This document shows positions 18,188 to 27,949 of a stretch of 64,000 nucleotides of DNA, one piece after another (position 1 is the stretch's first letter; each line of letters starts with the position of its first letter). The DNA comes from Candidatus Palauibacter ramosifaciens. GTDB lineage: Bacteria > Gemmatimonadota > Gemmatimonadetes > Palauibacterales > Palauibacteraceae. Location of the stretch: the NCBI GenBank assembly GCA_009845855.1, contig VXYT01000101.1, positions 14,459 through 78,458 on the forward strand, given 5' to 3'. Position numbers and translations under genes: made by a program. The notes under the pieces are model-generated. The model was not told the DNA's origin, searched no databases, and worked only from the letters and a program-made list of their open reading frames with translations.

Positions 18188-19188
18188 AAAGTCCCATGAC
18201 AGTGAAGGATCGCACCATGAACCGCACCACACTCGCGAAGGCCGCGCTCAGGACGACCGCCGCGCTGGCTGCCGCCGTTTTCACGACCGTCTGGCCGACG
18301 TTCACCGCCGACGCACTCGCTCAGGCGGCGCCCGCTCCCGCTTCCGGGCAGCAGGTCGTGCTGGTCACCGGAGCCACCTCCGGCCTCGGCCGCGAACTCG
18401 CCCTGCGGCTGGGCGCGCGGGGCGATCACGTCATCGTCCACGGCCGCAACGTTGAACGGGGCGCGGAGGTCGTGGATGCGATCAACGCGGCCGGACCCGG
18501 GAGCGCCCGCTTCTATCGCGCCGACTTCGCGTCTCTCGCGGAGGTTCGCACCTTCGCCGAGACGCTGCTCGCCGACTACGACCGGCTGGACATCCTGATC
18601 AACAACGCGGGCTTCGGTTCTGCGCCGGACGAGCGGTGGGTCACCGAGGACGGGCACGAGTACCGCTTCCAGGTGAACTACCTCTCCACCTTCCTGCTCA
18701 CGCACATGCTGATGCCGCGCCTGCTCGACAGCACGCCGTCGCGCATCGTGAACGTGTCGTCCGGCGCGCAGACGCCGATCGACTTCGACGACGTGATGAT
18801 CGAGAACAACTTCAGCGGCCGCCGCGCGTACGCGCAGAGCAAGCTCGCCCAGATCATGTTCACGCACGACCTGGCCGACGACCTGGCCGGGACCGGGATC
18901 GTGGTCGGCTCACTCCACCCGGCGACCTACATGCCGACGGAGATGGTGCGGCGGCTGGGGGCGACGCCACGCGCCACCATCGCCGAGGGGGCCGATGCCG
19001 TGATGCAGGTCGTCGACTCCGACGACTTCGAGAGCGGGCAGTACTTCAGCGGCCTCAATCCGACCCGCGCGAACGACCAGGCTTACGACCCGCAGGCGCG
19101 TGCCCGGCTCAAGCGGTTGAGCCAGGCACTGACCGGCATTCGCTGCCGGGGCGGTCGCTGTCGTTTGGTGGACGACGCCTCCCGGTAG
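18184..19188 (+). CDS. SDR family NAD(P)-dependent oxidoreductase with N-terminal signal-like extension
   Basis: VTGATSGLG, DILINNAG, NVSS, YAQSK catalytic motif; ATGA overlap. Confidence 0.9.
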   Translation: MKSPMTVKDRTMNRTTLAKAALRTTAALAAAVFTTVWPTFTADALAQAAPAPASGQQVVLVTGATSGLGRELALRLGARGDHVIVHGRNVERGAEVVDAINAAGPGSARFYRADFASLAEVRTFAETLLADYDRLDILINNAGFGSAPDERWVTEDGHEYRFQVNYLSTFLLTHMLMPRLLDSTPSRIVNVSSGAQTPIDFDDVMIENNFSGRRAYAQSKLAQIMFTHDLADDLAGTGIVVGSLHPATYMPTEMVRRLGATPRATIAEGADAVMQVVDSDDFESGQYFSGLNPTRANDQAYDPQARARLKRLSQALTGIRCRGGRCRLVDDASR

Positions 19189-19200
19189 CTGGACTGCCAG

Positions 19201-19896
19201 CTAGGGCTGCTGCGCCAGGGCTTCGAGCGCGGCCAGGATGTCGGCGTGCTCCGGGCGGACGCGGTAGTCCACCTCGGTGAAGCTCCAGCGCACCGTGCCG
19301 TCCATGTCGATGACGTAGGTCGTGGGGTGCGGGAGCTGGCGCCCGCGCCCGGAGTCCTCGTTCAGGAGGCCGTAGCGATACGTGATCGCGGAGCCGTCAT
19401 CAGACAGGAGCGGGAAGTCGAGCGCGTAGTCGTAGTCCTCGAGGACCCGGTCGACCATGAGACCGATGTCCTCGGGGCTGTCCGGAGCGATCGCCAGGAG
19501 CTGGGTCCGTTCGCGCTGTTCGGGCGTCATGAAGTCTCGCAGCTCTCCGAGCTGCTTTGCGCAGTACGGTCACCAGTGGCCGCGGTAGAAGAAGAGGATG
19601 ACGTCCTTCTCTCCGCGGTAGTCCGAAAGCGTGATCGGCTCGCCCGTGCTCGAAAGGGCGGTGAAGTCGGGCGCCGGGCTGCCGGCGAGCACGCGCTCGA
19701 GGTCCGCCGGGGGCAGGTCATGCCCGTCCACGGGGCCGAGCGCCACCTGGGTCGCTTCCTGGGCCGCCACCTGGACCGCCGCGGTCGAGGCGTCGGCATC
19801 TTCGGTATCTCCCCCGGGTGCGCAGCCGGCCGACCCCGCCGCCACGAGGGCACCCGCCGAAAATAGCCGGAGGTAACGCGCGTCCATCATCCGCAT
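19201..19896 (-). CDS. AhpC/TSA peroxiredoxin-like lipoprotein, selenoprotein (UxxC)
   Basis: Track ORFs 19570..20103 and 19201..19530 are in the same frame, joined by TGA: FFYRGHW-U-PYCAKQL. APDFT and FPLLSD..PTTYVID motifs; lipobox-like SAGC. Confidence 0.88.
19539..19555 (-). promoter_or_regulatory. Candidate bacterial SECIS hairpin
   Basis: mRNA: UGA-14 nt-GCAGCUC-GGA-GAGCUGC; perfect 7-bp stem with G first in the loop. Confidence 0.75.
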
Positions 19897-20156
19897 CTCC
19901 CTGTCGTCCTTTCCCTTTTGTGTGCGCCCGCGAACGCCGCTGCCGTTCGCGGGCCCGGCAACGCTATCGCACCGGGGGCGCGCGCGACAGCAGCGGCAGC
20001 CATCGGCGGCGGCCATCGGCGGCGGCGCCGGCGTGGCTCGGGGGTCCGGCGCGTCTTGCGTACGCCACGGGCGGTTCGGACTATTTCCGGGACACGACAC
20101 CAAGTGGTCCCGATCACCGGTTCAGGGGACCTCGGTCATCAGCTGGAGCCCATAAA

Positions 20157-22625
20157 ATGCGACACGATTACAGCGCTCGAATCCTCCGATTCTCCCTCTC
20201 CTTCGCGTTCGTCCTCACCGCGGCCACGGCGGATGTTGCCGCGCAGGAGGGTGCGGACGACTATCAGACGCCGGCCGCCGAACTCGCCGCGCTCGTCGAC
20301 GCCCCGGCGACCCCGGGGATCAGCCTGAGTCCCGACGAGTCGGTGATGCTGCTCACGATGCGGCCCAGCCTGCCGTCGATCGCCGAGGTCGCCGCGCCGG
20401 AACTGCGGATCGCCGGACTGCGCATCAACCCCCGCACGAACGGCCCCAGCCGCGCGCGCCCCTCAAACGGTCTCGCACTTCGCACCTTCGACGGGGAAGA
20501 GCGCGCCGTGACCGGCCTGCCGGAGAATCCGCGCATCCGCAACACGCGCTGGTCGCCGAACGGGAGCACGGTGGCGTTCACGCACGATACCGACTCGGCC
20601 GTGCAACTCTGGATCGTGGACGTCGCGTCCGCGGCGGCGCGGCGCCTGTCGGACCTCGATCTCGTGAACGTGGGCTTCGGGGCTCCGTTCAATTGGTCGC
20701 CGGAAGGAGACTTCCTCTACGCCATGGCGGTGCCGCCCGGCCGAGGCCCGGCGCCCGCCGAGCCGATGGTGCCGACGGCGCCCATGATCGAGGAGACGTC
20801 GGGAGAAGCGGCCCCCGCCCGCACGTATCAGGACCTGCTGCAGGACCAGCACGATGAGGCGCTCTACGAGTACTACTCGACGGCGCAGCTGGCCCGCGTC
20901 GGTCTCGACGGTGCCGTGGCCATGGTCGGCGATCCCTCGATCTTCTCGGGCTCCTCGCCATCGCCGGACGGCGAGCATCTGCTCGTACAGACGACCCACC
21001 GGCCGTACTCGTACCAGGTGCCGGCCTCCCGCTTCCCGCGCACGATCGAAGTGTGGGACACGCAGGGGAACGTGGTTCACCAGGTCGCCGAACTCCCGCT
21101 CCAGGATGGCGTCCCCACGTCGTTCGGGTCGGTTCCGACGGGCGTGCGGTCGATCTCGTGGCGCGCCGACGCGGACGCGACGCTGTATTGGACGGAGGCG
21201 CAGGACGGCGGCGACGCGCTCGCCGAAGCGGACATCCGCGACCGGGTGTTCATGCACGCGGCGCCCTTCTCCGGCGAGCCCGCCGCGATCGCGGCGCTCC
21301 CGCTCCGCTACGGCGGCGTGATGTGGGCGGAGGAAGGGTTCGCATTCGTGAGCGAAAGCTGGTTCTCCACCCGCCAGCAGCGCACCTACCGGATCGATCC
21401 AGACGCCCCCGGCGAGATGGAGCTGATTTTCGATCTGCAGACGGAGGACCGCTACAACAACCCCGGCTTTCCGATGTTCACGACGAACGAGCGCGGCCGG
21501 GGCGTCCTCATGACCACCGACGGGGGGTCCTCGATCTACCTGGCGGGGCAGGGCGCTTCGCCGGAAGGCAACCGTCCCTTCCTCAGGAAGCGGAACCTCG
21601 AAACGGGGGAGGAAGAGGAGTTGTTCCGCTCCGAGGCGCCGTACTACGAGGGCGTGGTCACGCTCCTTGAGGATGGGCGGCTGATGACGCGGCGGGAGTC
21701 GGTGGACGAGCCCCCGAACTATTTCGTGCGCGACCTCGAGCGGGGCACGATCAGCGCGGTGACCGAGTTCCCGCACCCGTATCCGCAGTTCGCCGGCGTC
21801 CGCAAGGAGGCGATCCAGTACGAGCGCGGGGACGGCATCCCGCTTTCGGCGACGCTCTACCTGCCGGCGGACTATGACCAGGAGCGCGATGGTCCGCTGC
21901 CGACCTTCGTGTGGGCGTATCCGACCGAGTTCAAGAGCGCGGCGGCGGCCGGCCAGCGGCGCGACTCGCCGTACCAGTTCACGCGGATCCCCTATGGCGG
22001 CGCCGTACCGTACGTGACCCGTGGCTACGCCGTGCTCGACAACGCGTCGATGCCGGTCATCGGCGAGGGCGACGCCGAGCCCAACGACAGCTTCCGCGAG
22101 CAGCTGGTGGCGAACGCCCAGGCGGCGGTCGACGAGGGCGTGCGGCGCGGGGTCGTGGATCCGAACCGGGTCGGCGTCGGCGGACACTCCTACGGCGCGT
22201 TCATGACCGGCAACCTGCTCGCCCACTCCGACATCTTCCGGGCCGGCGTGGCGCGCAGCGGCGCCTACAACCGAACGCTGACGCCGTTCGGCTTCCAGCG
22301 GGAGCAGCGGCTCTTCTGGGAGGACCCGGACCTCTACCTGTACATGTCGCCCTTCATGCACGCGGACAAGGTGAACGAGCCCATCCTCATCATCCACGGC
22401 GAGGACGACAACAACTCGGGCACCTTCCCCATCCAGTCGCGGCGCTTCTACGCGGCGCTCAAGGGGCTGGGCGCGACGGCGCGGCTCGTCTTCCTGCCGG
22501 CGGAGAGCCACGGCTACGCCGCGCGCGAGTCGGTCCTGCACGTGCTGTGGGAGACCGACCGCTGGCTCGAGATGCACGTGAAGCCGGCGAAGCCCGTCAC
22601 CACGACGGACGACGCGGGAAGCTGA
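20157..22625 (+). CDS. S9 family peptidase (glutamyl endopeptidase-like), exported
   Basis: Signal peptide; WAYPTEF, GGHSYGAF, ARSGAYNRTLTPFGFQ, HGEDDNNSGT, ESHGY. Confidence 0.92.
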   Translation: MRHDYSARILRFSLSFAFVLTAATADVAAQEGADDYQTPAAELAALVDAPATPGISLSPDESVMLLTMRPSLPSIAEVAAPELRIAGLRINPRTNGPSRARPSNGLALRTFDGEERAVTGLPENPRIRNTRWSPNGSTVAFTHDTDSAVQLWIVDVASAAARRLSDLDLVNVGFGAPFNWSPEGDFLYAMAVPPGRGPAPAEPMVPTAPMIEETSGEAAPARTYQDLLQDQHDEALYEYYSTAQLARVGLDGAVAMVGDPSIFSGSSPSPDGEHLLVQTTHRPYSYQVPASRFPRTIEVWDTQGNVVHQVAELPLQDGVPTSFGSVPTGVRSISWRADADATLYWTEAQDGGDALAEADIRDRVFMHAAPFSGEPAAIAALPLRYGGVMWAEEGFAFVSESWFSTRQQRTYRIDPDAPGEMELIFDLQTEDRYNNPGFPMFTTNERGRGVLMTTDGGSSIYLAGQGASPEGNRPFLRKRNLETGEEEELFRSEAPYYEGVVTLLEDGRLMTRRESVDEPPNYFVRDLERGTISAVTEFPHPYPQFAGVRKEAIQYERGDGIPLSATLYLPADYDQERDGPLPTFVWAYPTEFKSAAAAGQRRDSPYQFTRIPYGGAVPYVTRGYAVLDNASMPVIGEGDAEPNDSFREQLVANAQAAVDEGVRRGVVDPNRVGVGGHSYGAFMTGNLLAHSDIFRAGVARSGAYNRTLTPFGFQREQRLFWEDPDLYLYMSPFMHADKVNEPILIIHGEDDNNSGTFPIQSRRFYAALKGLGATARLVFLPAESHGYAARESVLHVLWETDRWLEMHVKPAKPVTTTDDAGS

Positions 22626-23416
22626 GCGGAACGGCCGAAGTCCCGCTCCTGGTCGAGGCGGAGGGTCCCGTCCGGATCCTCCGCCTCAACCGTCCTCACC
22701 GTCTCAACGCCGTAAGCCTCCCCATGTACGAGGCGCTGGAGACCGAACTCGCCCGCATCGGCGCCGACTTCGAGACGCGCGTCGTCATCGTGACCGGGAC
22801 GGGACGGGGGTTCTGCTCCGGGGCGGATCTCAAGGCGCACCGGGATCACGAAGCGTCGCGCGCGGAGCGCCACGCCTACATCGAGACGAGCCAGCGTGTG
22901 TTCCGGGCACTCCAGACGCTGCCGCAGCCCGTGGTCGCGGCCGTGAACGGACACGCGATCGGAGCGGGCTGCGAACTCGCCCTCTCGTGCGACTTCGTCC
23001 TCGTGGCGGAGGAGGCGAAGCTCCGCATGCCGGAGGTCGCGCTGGGGACCTTCATCGGCGGCGGGACGGCCTACACGCTGCGTCGGCGCGTGGGACACGC
23101 GCGCGCGGCCGAGTTGATCCTGCTGGGGCGCTACTTCACCCCGGAGGAGGCGGGAGCGTGGGGACTGGCGAACGAGGTGCTCCCTGCGGAGGAGGTCCTC
23201 CCCGCCGCGCTCGATCTCGCCGGACGACTGGCCCGCAACGCTCCGATCTCCATGCGTCTCGCCAAGCGGCTCCTCGACCGCGCGGAATCCGTCGATCCCG
23301 AGGAGGCGCTGGGGCTGGAGGCCGAAGCACTCTTCACCTGCATGGCCTCCGCGGACTGGCGCGAGGGCCTGAAGGCCTTCGCCGAGAAGCGCGCCCCCGT
23401 CTACCGCGGAGAGTAG
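22622..23416 (+). CDS. Enoyl-CoA hydratase/isomerase family protein
   Basis: LNRPHRLNA, FCSGADLK, AAVNGHAIGAGCELALSCD, PEVALG, AFAEKRAP. Probable CTG start overlapping the upstream TGA. Confidence 0.9.
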   Translation: MSGTAEVPLLVEAEGPVRILRLNRPHRLNAVSLPMYEALETELARIGADFETRVVIVTGTGRGFCSGADLKAHRDHEASRAERHAYIETSQRVFRALQTLPQPVVAAVNGHAIGAGCELALSCDFVLVAEEAKLRMPEVALGTFIGGGTAYTLRRRVGHARAAELILLGRYFTPEEAGAWGLANEVLPAEEVLPAALDLAGRLARNAPISMRLAKRLLDRAESVDPEEALGLEAEALFTCMASADWREGLKAFAEKRAPVYRGE

Positions 23417-23425
23417 CGGCTCCGC

Positions 23426-23821
23426 CTACTTGGCAGCTCGCTTTCGGATCGCGCGCCCCCCGGCCCCCATGGCTTCGAAATAGCCTTCGAGTCGAGCCAG
23501 ACGTTCCTTGAGTGCCGCCTCCAGTTTGCCGATGCAGCTGGTGAGCCGTGTCTCCACCTGCGCCACTTCCGTACGCACGGTGGTGACCCTCCGCTCCACG
23601 GATCCGAGACATCCCTCCATGGCGTCGAGGCGTCCGTCCATGGCGTTGAGGCGTCCGTCCATGGCGCCGAGGCGTCCGTCCATGGCGTCGAGGCGTCCAT
23701 CCAGCCCACTCGTCTTCGTGAGCAGGTGCTTGATATCGTTCCGCATGCTGCGCTGGCCGGGAACGATTACCGCGGCCAACGCGATGGCCGCCGCGACGAC
23801 AGCGATGATCTCCCCGCTCAT
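23426..23821 (-). CDS. Membrane-anchored coiled-coil protein with heptad repeats
   Basis: ATG after GGAGG; hydrophobic N-terminus; (LDAMDGR)n; C-terminal ERLARLEG. Confidence 0.75.
   Translation of the reverse strand: MSGEIIAVVAAAIALAAVIVPGQRSMRNDIKHLLTKTSGLDGRLDAMDGRLGAMDGRLNAMDGRLDAMEGCLGSVERRVTTVRTEVAQVETRLTSCIGKLEAALKERLARLEGYFEAMGAGGRAIRKRAAK
23616..23703. repeat. 21-bp tandem repeat x4 (coding heptad)
   Basis: Unit tccatggcgtcgaggcgtccg with 1-nt variants, no spacers. Confidence 0.9.
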
Positions 23822-24116
23822 CGGCGCGCCTCCGCCGAATCCGGCGACGGGCGGTCTCGTTCGGCATGCCGCGTAGCGTGAAAGGGACGTCTCATCATAC
23901 CTCCGTGATTCTCGACCCAAGGTAGGGTCCTCGAGTTCTCTCGCGCGAACGCCCTCCGCCCGCGATACCGCATCACAGGATGACGGAGCGGGTCAACGGA
24001 GACGCATCACGCCGGTGATGTCGACGGAAGTGTACCTGCCGCCATTGCCGCCCTGCCTCCAGGCGCCGCACGTTTCACGGGCTGAACGACCCAGCCCGCG
24101 CAAGGCAGAGGAGGAC

Positions 24117-25520
24117 ATGATGGATTCCGCCCGTCGCTCCGCCCGGATGACCGGAGTTTCAGCGCTCGCGGCCTTCGCCGCGCTCCTCGCGGTCCCGCCC
24201 GCCGCCGCCCAGGAAGGGACGATCGCGCTCGTCGGAGGCCAGTTGCTGGACGGATACGAGGTGCCCCCCATCCACCACGCGGCCGTCGTCATCGAGGGGA
24301 ACCGGATCGTCGCCGTGGGGCCCGCGGCCGAGATCGAGATCCCGCCGGACGCGGAGGTCATCGACACGCGGGGCAAGACGATGATGCCCGGGATGGTCGA
24401 CGCGCACGTGCACATCATGATTCTCGGACACGGCGAGTACGCCGACTGGTTCCCGTGGTTCGAGGGGAACCACGACCTCGTGTACGAGACGTCCGCCAGG
24501 CAGTTGCTCGCGGCCGGTGTGACCGCGGGGGTCGACCTCGCGGCGCCGATGTCGAGCCTCGCCTTCCGGGATCGCGTGAACCGCAACGAAGTCCCCGGTC
24601 CCCGGCTCCTCGCGAGCGGCCCCTGGGTCACGCGCTACGCCTGGAACTTCCTTCCCGACGAACTCCGCGCGCTGCACCGCACGCCCGAGGAGGCGGCGGA
24701 GCGGACGCGGATGCTGATCGACGCCGGAGTCGACGTCATCAAGACATGGATCGGCACGACCGAGGAGGACATGCGGGCGATCAAGGCGGTGGCGGGTCCG
24801 GCGGGTATCCCCATCCACTGCCACGTCTACGCGGAGGAGGTCGTGTGGGGAGCGATCCGCGGCGGTTGCGACGTGCTTCAGCACGCCGGTTCGGGCGGCA
24901 GCGTTCCTCCCTATTCGCAGGAACTCGTCGACCACATCGCCATGGAGGGCATCCCGGTCGTGCAGACGATCTCGCACCGGATCTGGGTCTACCCCGCCAC
25001 GGTCGAGTTCCCGGAGCGGCTCTGGGACCCCGATATCATCAACAGCTTCCCCGAGCCGATCCGGGAACAGGTGCTGAATTCCTACACGAAGGACGACTTC
25101 TGGCGGAGATCCTACTTCCGCACCACCCCGCGCCAGATCCGCAACAGCGAGCGGGCCGGGCGCCAGTTCATCGACGCGGATGCCGTCATGGCGATGGGCA
25201 CGGACACCGGGTCGCCGCTGAACTTCCACGCGGAGTCGGCGTGGCGCGAGGTGTCGGCGTTCGTCGACATGGGGATGACGGAGATCGAGGCGATTTCGGC
25301 GGCCACCAAGGTCTCGGCGGAGGTCCTCGGGCTCCGCGAGACGGGGACCATCGAGCCCGGCAAGCTCGCCGACATCATCGTCGTGGACGGCAACCCGCTG
25401 TTCGACATCAACGTGCTCGGCTACGTGACCGACGTGATAAAGGACGGGATCATCTACAAGCGGGACGGCGTCCCGGTGTGGGAGAAGGAAAGGACGCATA
25501 CGAGCACGAGCAGACGGTGA
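24117..25520 (+). CDS. Exported metal-dependent amidohydrolase
   Basis: ATG after GAGGAG; MPGMVDAHVH, GTDTG, GTIEPGKLADIIVVDGNPL. Confidence 0.9.
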   Translation: MMDSARRSARMTGVSALAAFAALLAVPPAAAQEGTIALVGGQLLDGYEVPPIHHAAVVIEGNRIVAVGPAAEIEIPPDAEVIDTRGKTMMPGMVDAHVHIMILGHGEYADWFPWFEGNHDLVYETSARQLLAAGVTAGVDLAAPMSSLAFRDRVNRNEVPGPRLLASGPWVTRYAWNFLPDELRALHRTPEEAAERTRMLIDAGVDVIKTWIGTTEEDMRAIKAVAGPAGIPIHCHVYAEEVVWGAIRGGCDVLQHAGSGGSVPPYSQELVDHIAMEGIPVVQTISHRIWVYPATVEFPERLWDPDIINSFPEPIREQVLNSYTKDDFWRRSYFRTTPRQIRNSERAGRQFIDADAVMAMGTDTGSPLNFHAESAWREVSAFVDMGMTEIEAISAATKVSAEVLGLRETGTIEPGKLADIIVVDGNPLFDINVLGYVTDVIKDGIIYKRDGVPVWEKERTHTSTSRR

Positions 25521-27208
25521 GGCGCGGGACCTCGGCGGAGCGGCGGATTCCGGGGCGGTCGACCCTTCCGCGGCCGGCCCCGGCACTTGCGGGCGCCCTG
25601 GCCCTCGCCGCGTGCGGAGTCGCGCCGGAGTCGGCGGACGATGGCGCGGCCTCTCGTGCCGGCGACGCTCCGTACGACCTCGTGATCGTCGGCGGAACCG
25701 TCGTTGATGGGACGGGGGTCGACCGCTTCACCGCCGACGTGGGCATCCGCGACGGTCGCGTGGTCGACGTCGCGCGCGACGTCGGGCTCTCGGGGCAGGG
25801 GGCCGAGGAGATCGACGCGTCCGGGCTCGTCGTCTCGCCGGGGTTCGTCGACCACCACAACCACGTCCAGAACCAGGTCCACCGGCGGCCGCTGGCGGAA
25901 AACTTCATCCGCCAGGGGATCACGACGATCCTCCCGTCGCTTCACAGCGGCGACCAGCCGTACCCGCTGCGCGACTACATCGAAAACCTCGAGGTCGCGC
26001 CCAACATCGGCTTCTTCGCGGGCCACACCTGGACGCGCGAGCAGGTGCTCGGGATGGAGGACCGCGCGCCGAGCCCGGAGGAGCTCGACGAGATGCGCGA
26101 CCTCGTGCGCGAGGCGATGGAGGACGGCGCGCTCGGGCTCGCGACCGGGCTCCTCTACGTCCCCGCGAACTACGCCGAAACCGAGGAGGTCATCGAACTG
26201 GCGAAGGTCGCGGCCGAATACGGCGGCATCTACTACACGCACATGCGGGACGAGGCGCGCGGGCTGCTGCCGGCCGTGCGCGAGGCGATCCGCATCGGCG
26301 CCGAGGGCGGGTTGCCCGTCCACATCAACCACTTCAAGGCGATGGGGGTGGACAGCTGGGGGCAGACGGTCCAGTCGCTCGCGCTCGTGGACTCCGCGCG
26401 CGCCGAAGGCATCGACGTAAAGGTCGACGTCTACCCATACACGGCGGGGAGCACGGGCTCCGGCGTGCTCTTTCCGCAGTGGGTGCTGGCGGGCGGCATC
26501 GACTCGTTCCGGGTCCGCGTCACGGACCCGGAGATGCGGGCGCGGATGGAGCCGGAGATCAAGGAGTGGATGCGCCGCGACTGGACGGGCGGGGACCTGT
26601 CACGCATCCAGTTCCGCACGCTCCGCGCCTTCCCCGAATACAACGGGAGGCGGATGTCGGACCTCGCCGCGGACCGGGGACTCCCGAACAACGACGCCAC
26701 CGGCGTCCAGCTCGCGATCGAACTTCAGTTGGCAGGCGGGTTCAGCGCCATCTACCACTTCATGGACGAGGCCGACGTCATCCGCATCATGCGTCACCCG
26801 CAGGCGATGTTCGAGACGGACGGCGACCCGGTCGGCTACGGGCTCGGCTTCCCGCATCCCCGCAGCTACGGCACCTTCCCCCGCATCCTCGGCCGCTACG
26901 TGCGCGAAATGGGCGTACTGACGCTGGAGGAGGCGATCCGGAAGATGACCTCGATGTCGGCCGACGAGATCGGCCAGTCCGAGCGCGGCCGGATCGCGCC
27001 CGGCATGTGGGCGGACATCACCGTCTTCGATGCCGACCGCATCATCGACCGCGCCGATTACGTAGACCCGCACCGCTACTCGGTCGGCATCCACCACGTG
27101 ATCGTGAACGGCGTCCCCGTGATCCTCGACGGCTCGGTCACGGGCGCGAAGCCGGGCCAGGTGCTGAGGGGGCCCGCCCGCCACCTCACCGAAACGCCCG
27201 GCGGGTAG
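25517..27208 (+). CDS. N-acyl-D-amino-acid deacylase (D-aminoacylase) family lipoprotein
   Basis: GTGA overlap; LALAAC lipobox; PGFVDHHNH, THMRDE, HINHFK, DVYPY, HPRSYGTFPRILG. Confidence 0.9.
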   Translation: MRRGTSAERRIPGRSTLPRPAPALAGALALAACGVAPESADDGAASRAGDAPYDLVIVGGTVVDGTGVDRFTADVGIRDGRVVDVARDVGLSGQGAEEIDASGLVVSPGFVDHHNHVQNQVHRRPLAENFIRQGITTILPSLHSGDQPYPLRDYIENLEVAPNIGFFAGHTWTREQVLGMEDRAPSPEELDEMRDLVREAMEDGALGLATGLLYVPANYAETEEVIELAKVAAEYGGIYYTHMRDEARGLLPAVREAIRIGAEGGLPVHINHFKAMGVDSWGQTVQSLALVDSARAEGIDVKVDVYPYTAGSTGSGVLFPQWVLAGGIDSFRVRVTDPEMRARMEPEIKEWMRRDWTGGDLSRIQFRTLRAFPEYNGRRMSDLAADRGLPNNDATGVQLAIELQLAGGFSAIYHFMDEADVIRIMRHPQAMFETDGDPVGYGLGFPHPRSYGTFPRILGRYVREMGVLTLEEAIRKMTSMSADEIGQSERGRIAPGMWADITVFDADRIIDRADYVDPHRYSVGIHHVIVNGVPVILDGSVTGAKPGQVLRGPARHLTETPGG

Positions 27209-27245
27209 CGCGCGGCGCCCCGATCGCCGCGCACAGGCGCGCCGG

Positions 27246-27761
27246 CTACCCGGCGGGGTCGGCCTCCGGATCCTCCGTTCTCCGCCCCAACTCCGTCTCC
27301 AGCATGAGCAGGGCCGACTTGTCGTCGCCCGCGAGCCGCAGCCGGTCGACGATGTCGGAGATCGTCTTCTCCTCCTCGACCTGCTCGTTGACGAACCACT
27401 GCAGCATGACCTGGGCCGGATAGTCGGCTTCGTCCATCGCGAGGCGATAGAGGTCGCCGATCATCCCGCTCACCTTCCGCTCGTGCCCCAGCGCGTCCTG
27501 GAACACCTCCAGCGGTGAACCGAACTCCGAGGGCGGGGCATCGATCGCATCAAGCGAAACCTGTCCCTCGCGGTCGTTCACGAAGTCGAAGATGCGGAGC
27601 GCGTGCTCTCGCTCCTCCTCGGCCTGCGCGCGCATCCAGTGCGCGAAGCCCGGAAGGCCCTCCCCCTCGAAGTGCGCACACATGGAAAGGTAGACCTGAC
27701 TCGCGTACAGCTCCTGCGTGATCTGCTCGTTGAGCGCCGCCTGCATCCTGGTACCGATCAT
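27246..27761 (-). CDS. ftnA: Ferritin (non-haem)
   Basis: LNEQITQELYASQVYLSM, QAEEEREHA, LQWFVNEQVEEE. Confidence 0.92.
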   Translation of the reverse strand: MIGTRMQAALNEQITQELYASQVYLSMCAHFEGEGLPGFAHWMRAQAEEEREHALRIFDFVNDREGQVSLDAIDAPPSEFGSPLEVFQDALGHERKVSGMIGDLYRLAMDEADYPAQVMLQWFVNEQVEEEKTISDIVDRLRLAGDDKSALLMLETELGRRTEDPEADPAG

Positions 27762-27949
27762 CTCGCCTGCCTACTCCTCTCGTCTCGTCGGGAATGCGCG
27801 CCGCGGCGGGGCATGCGCCACGACAGCGCCGATCCGAATCTCGTTCCCCCCGCACCGAATCGCCAGCGACCGCAGCTCACCGCAGGGTGGCCTCCGGGAT
27901 TGAGGGACGCATCCAGTGTTCGACCGGTCTCGCGAGGAACTCGTCGAGC

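Noticed and set aside
19570-19572. Pseudogene or genome-wide UGA reassignment as the explanation of the in-frame TGA
   Set aside because: TGA is the normal stop for many neighbouring genes. Its position at the redox Cys plus the adjacent hairpin favours selenocysteine, though a pseudogene cannot be fully excluded.
19897-20156. Possible riboswitch in the divergent spacer
   Set aside because: GC-rich low-complexity sequence with no recognisable aptamer consensus.
23616-23703. Possible CRISPR array
   Set aside because: Repeats are contiguous with no spacers, lie in frame within a CDS, and no cas genes are nearby.
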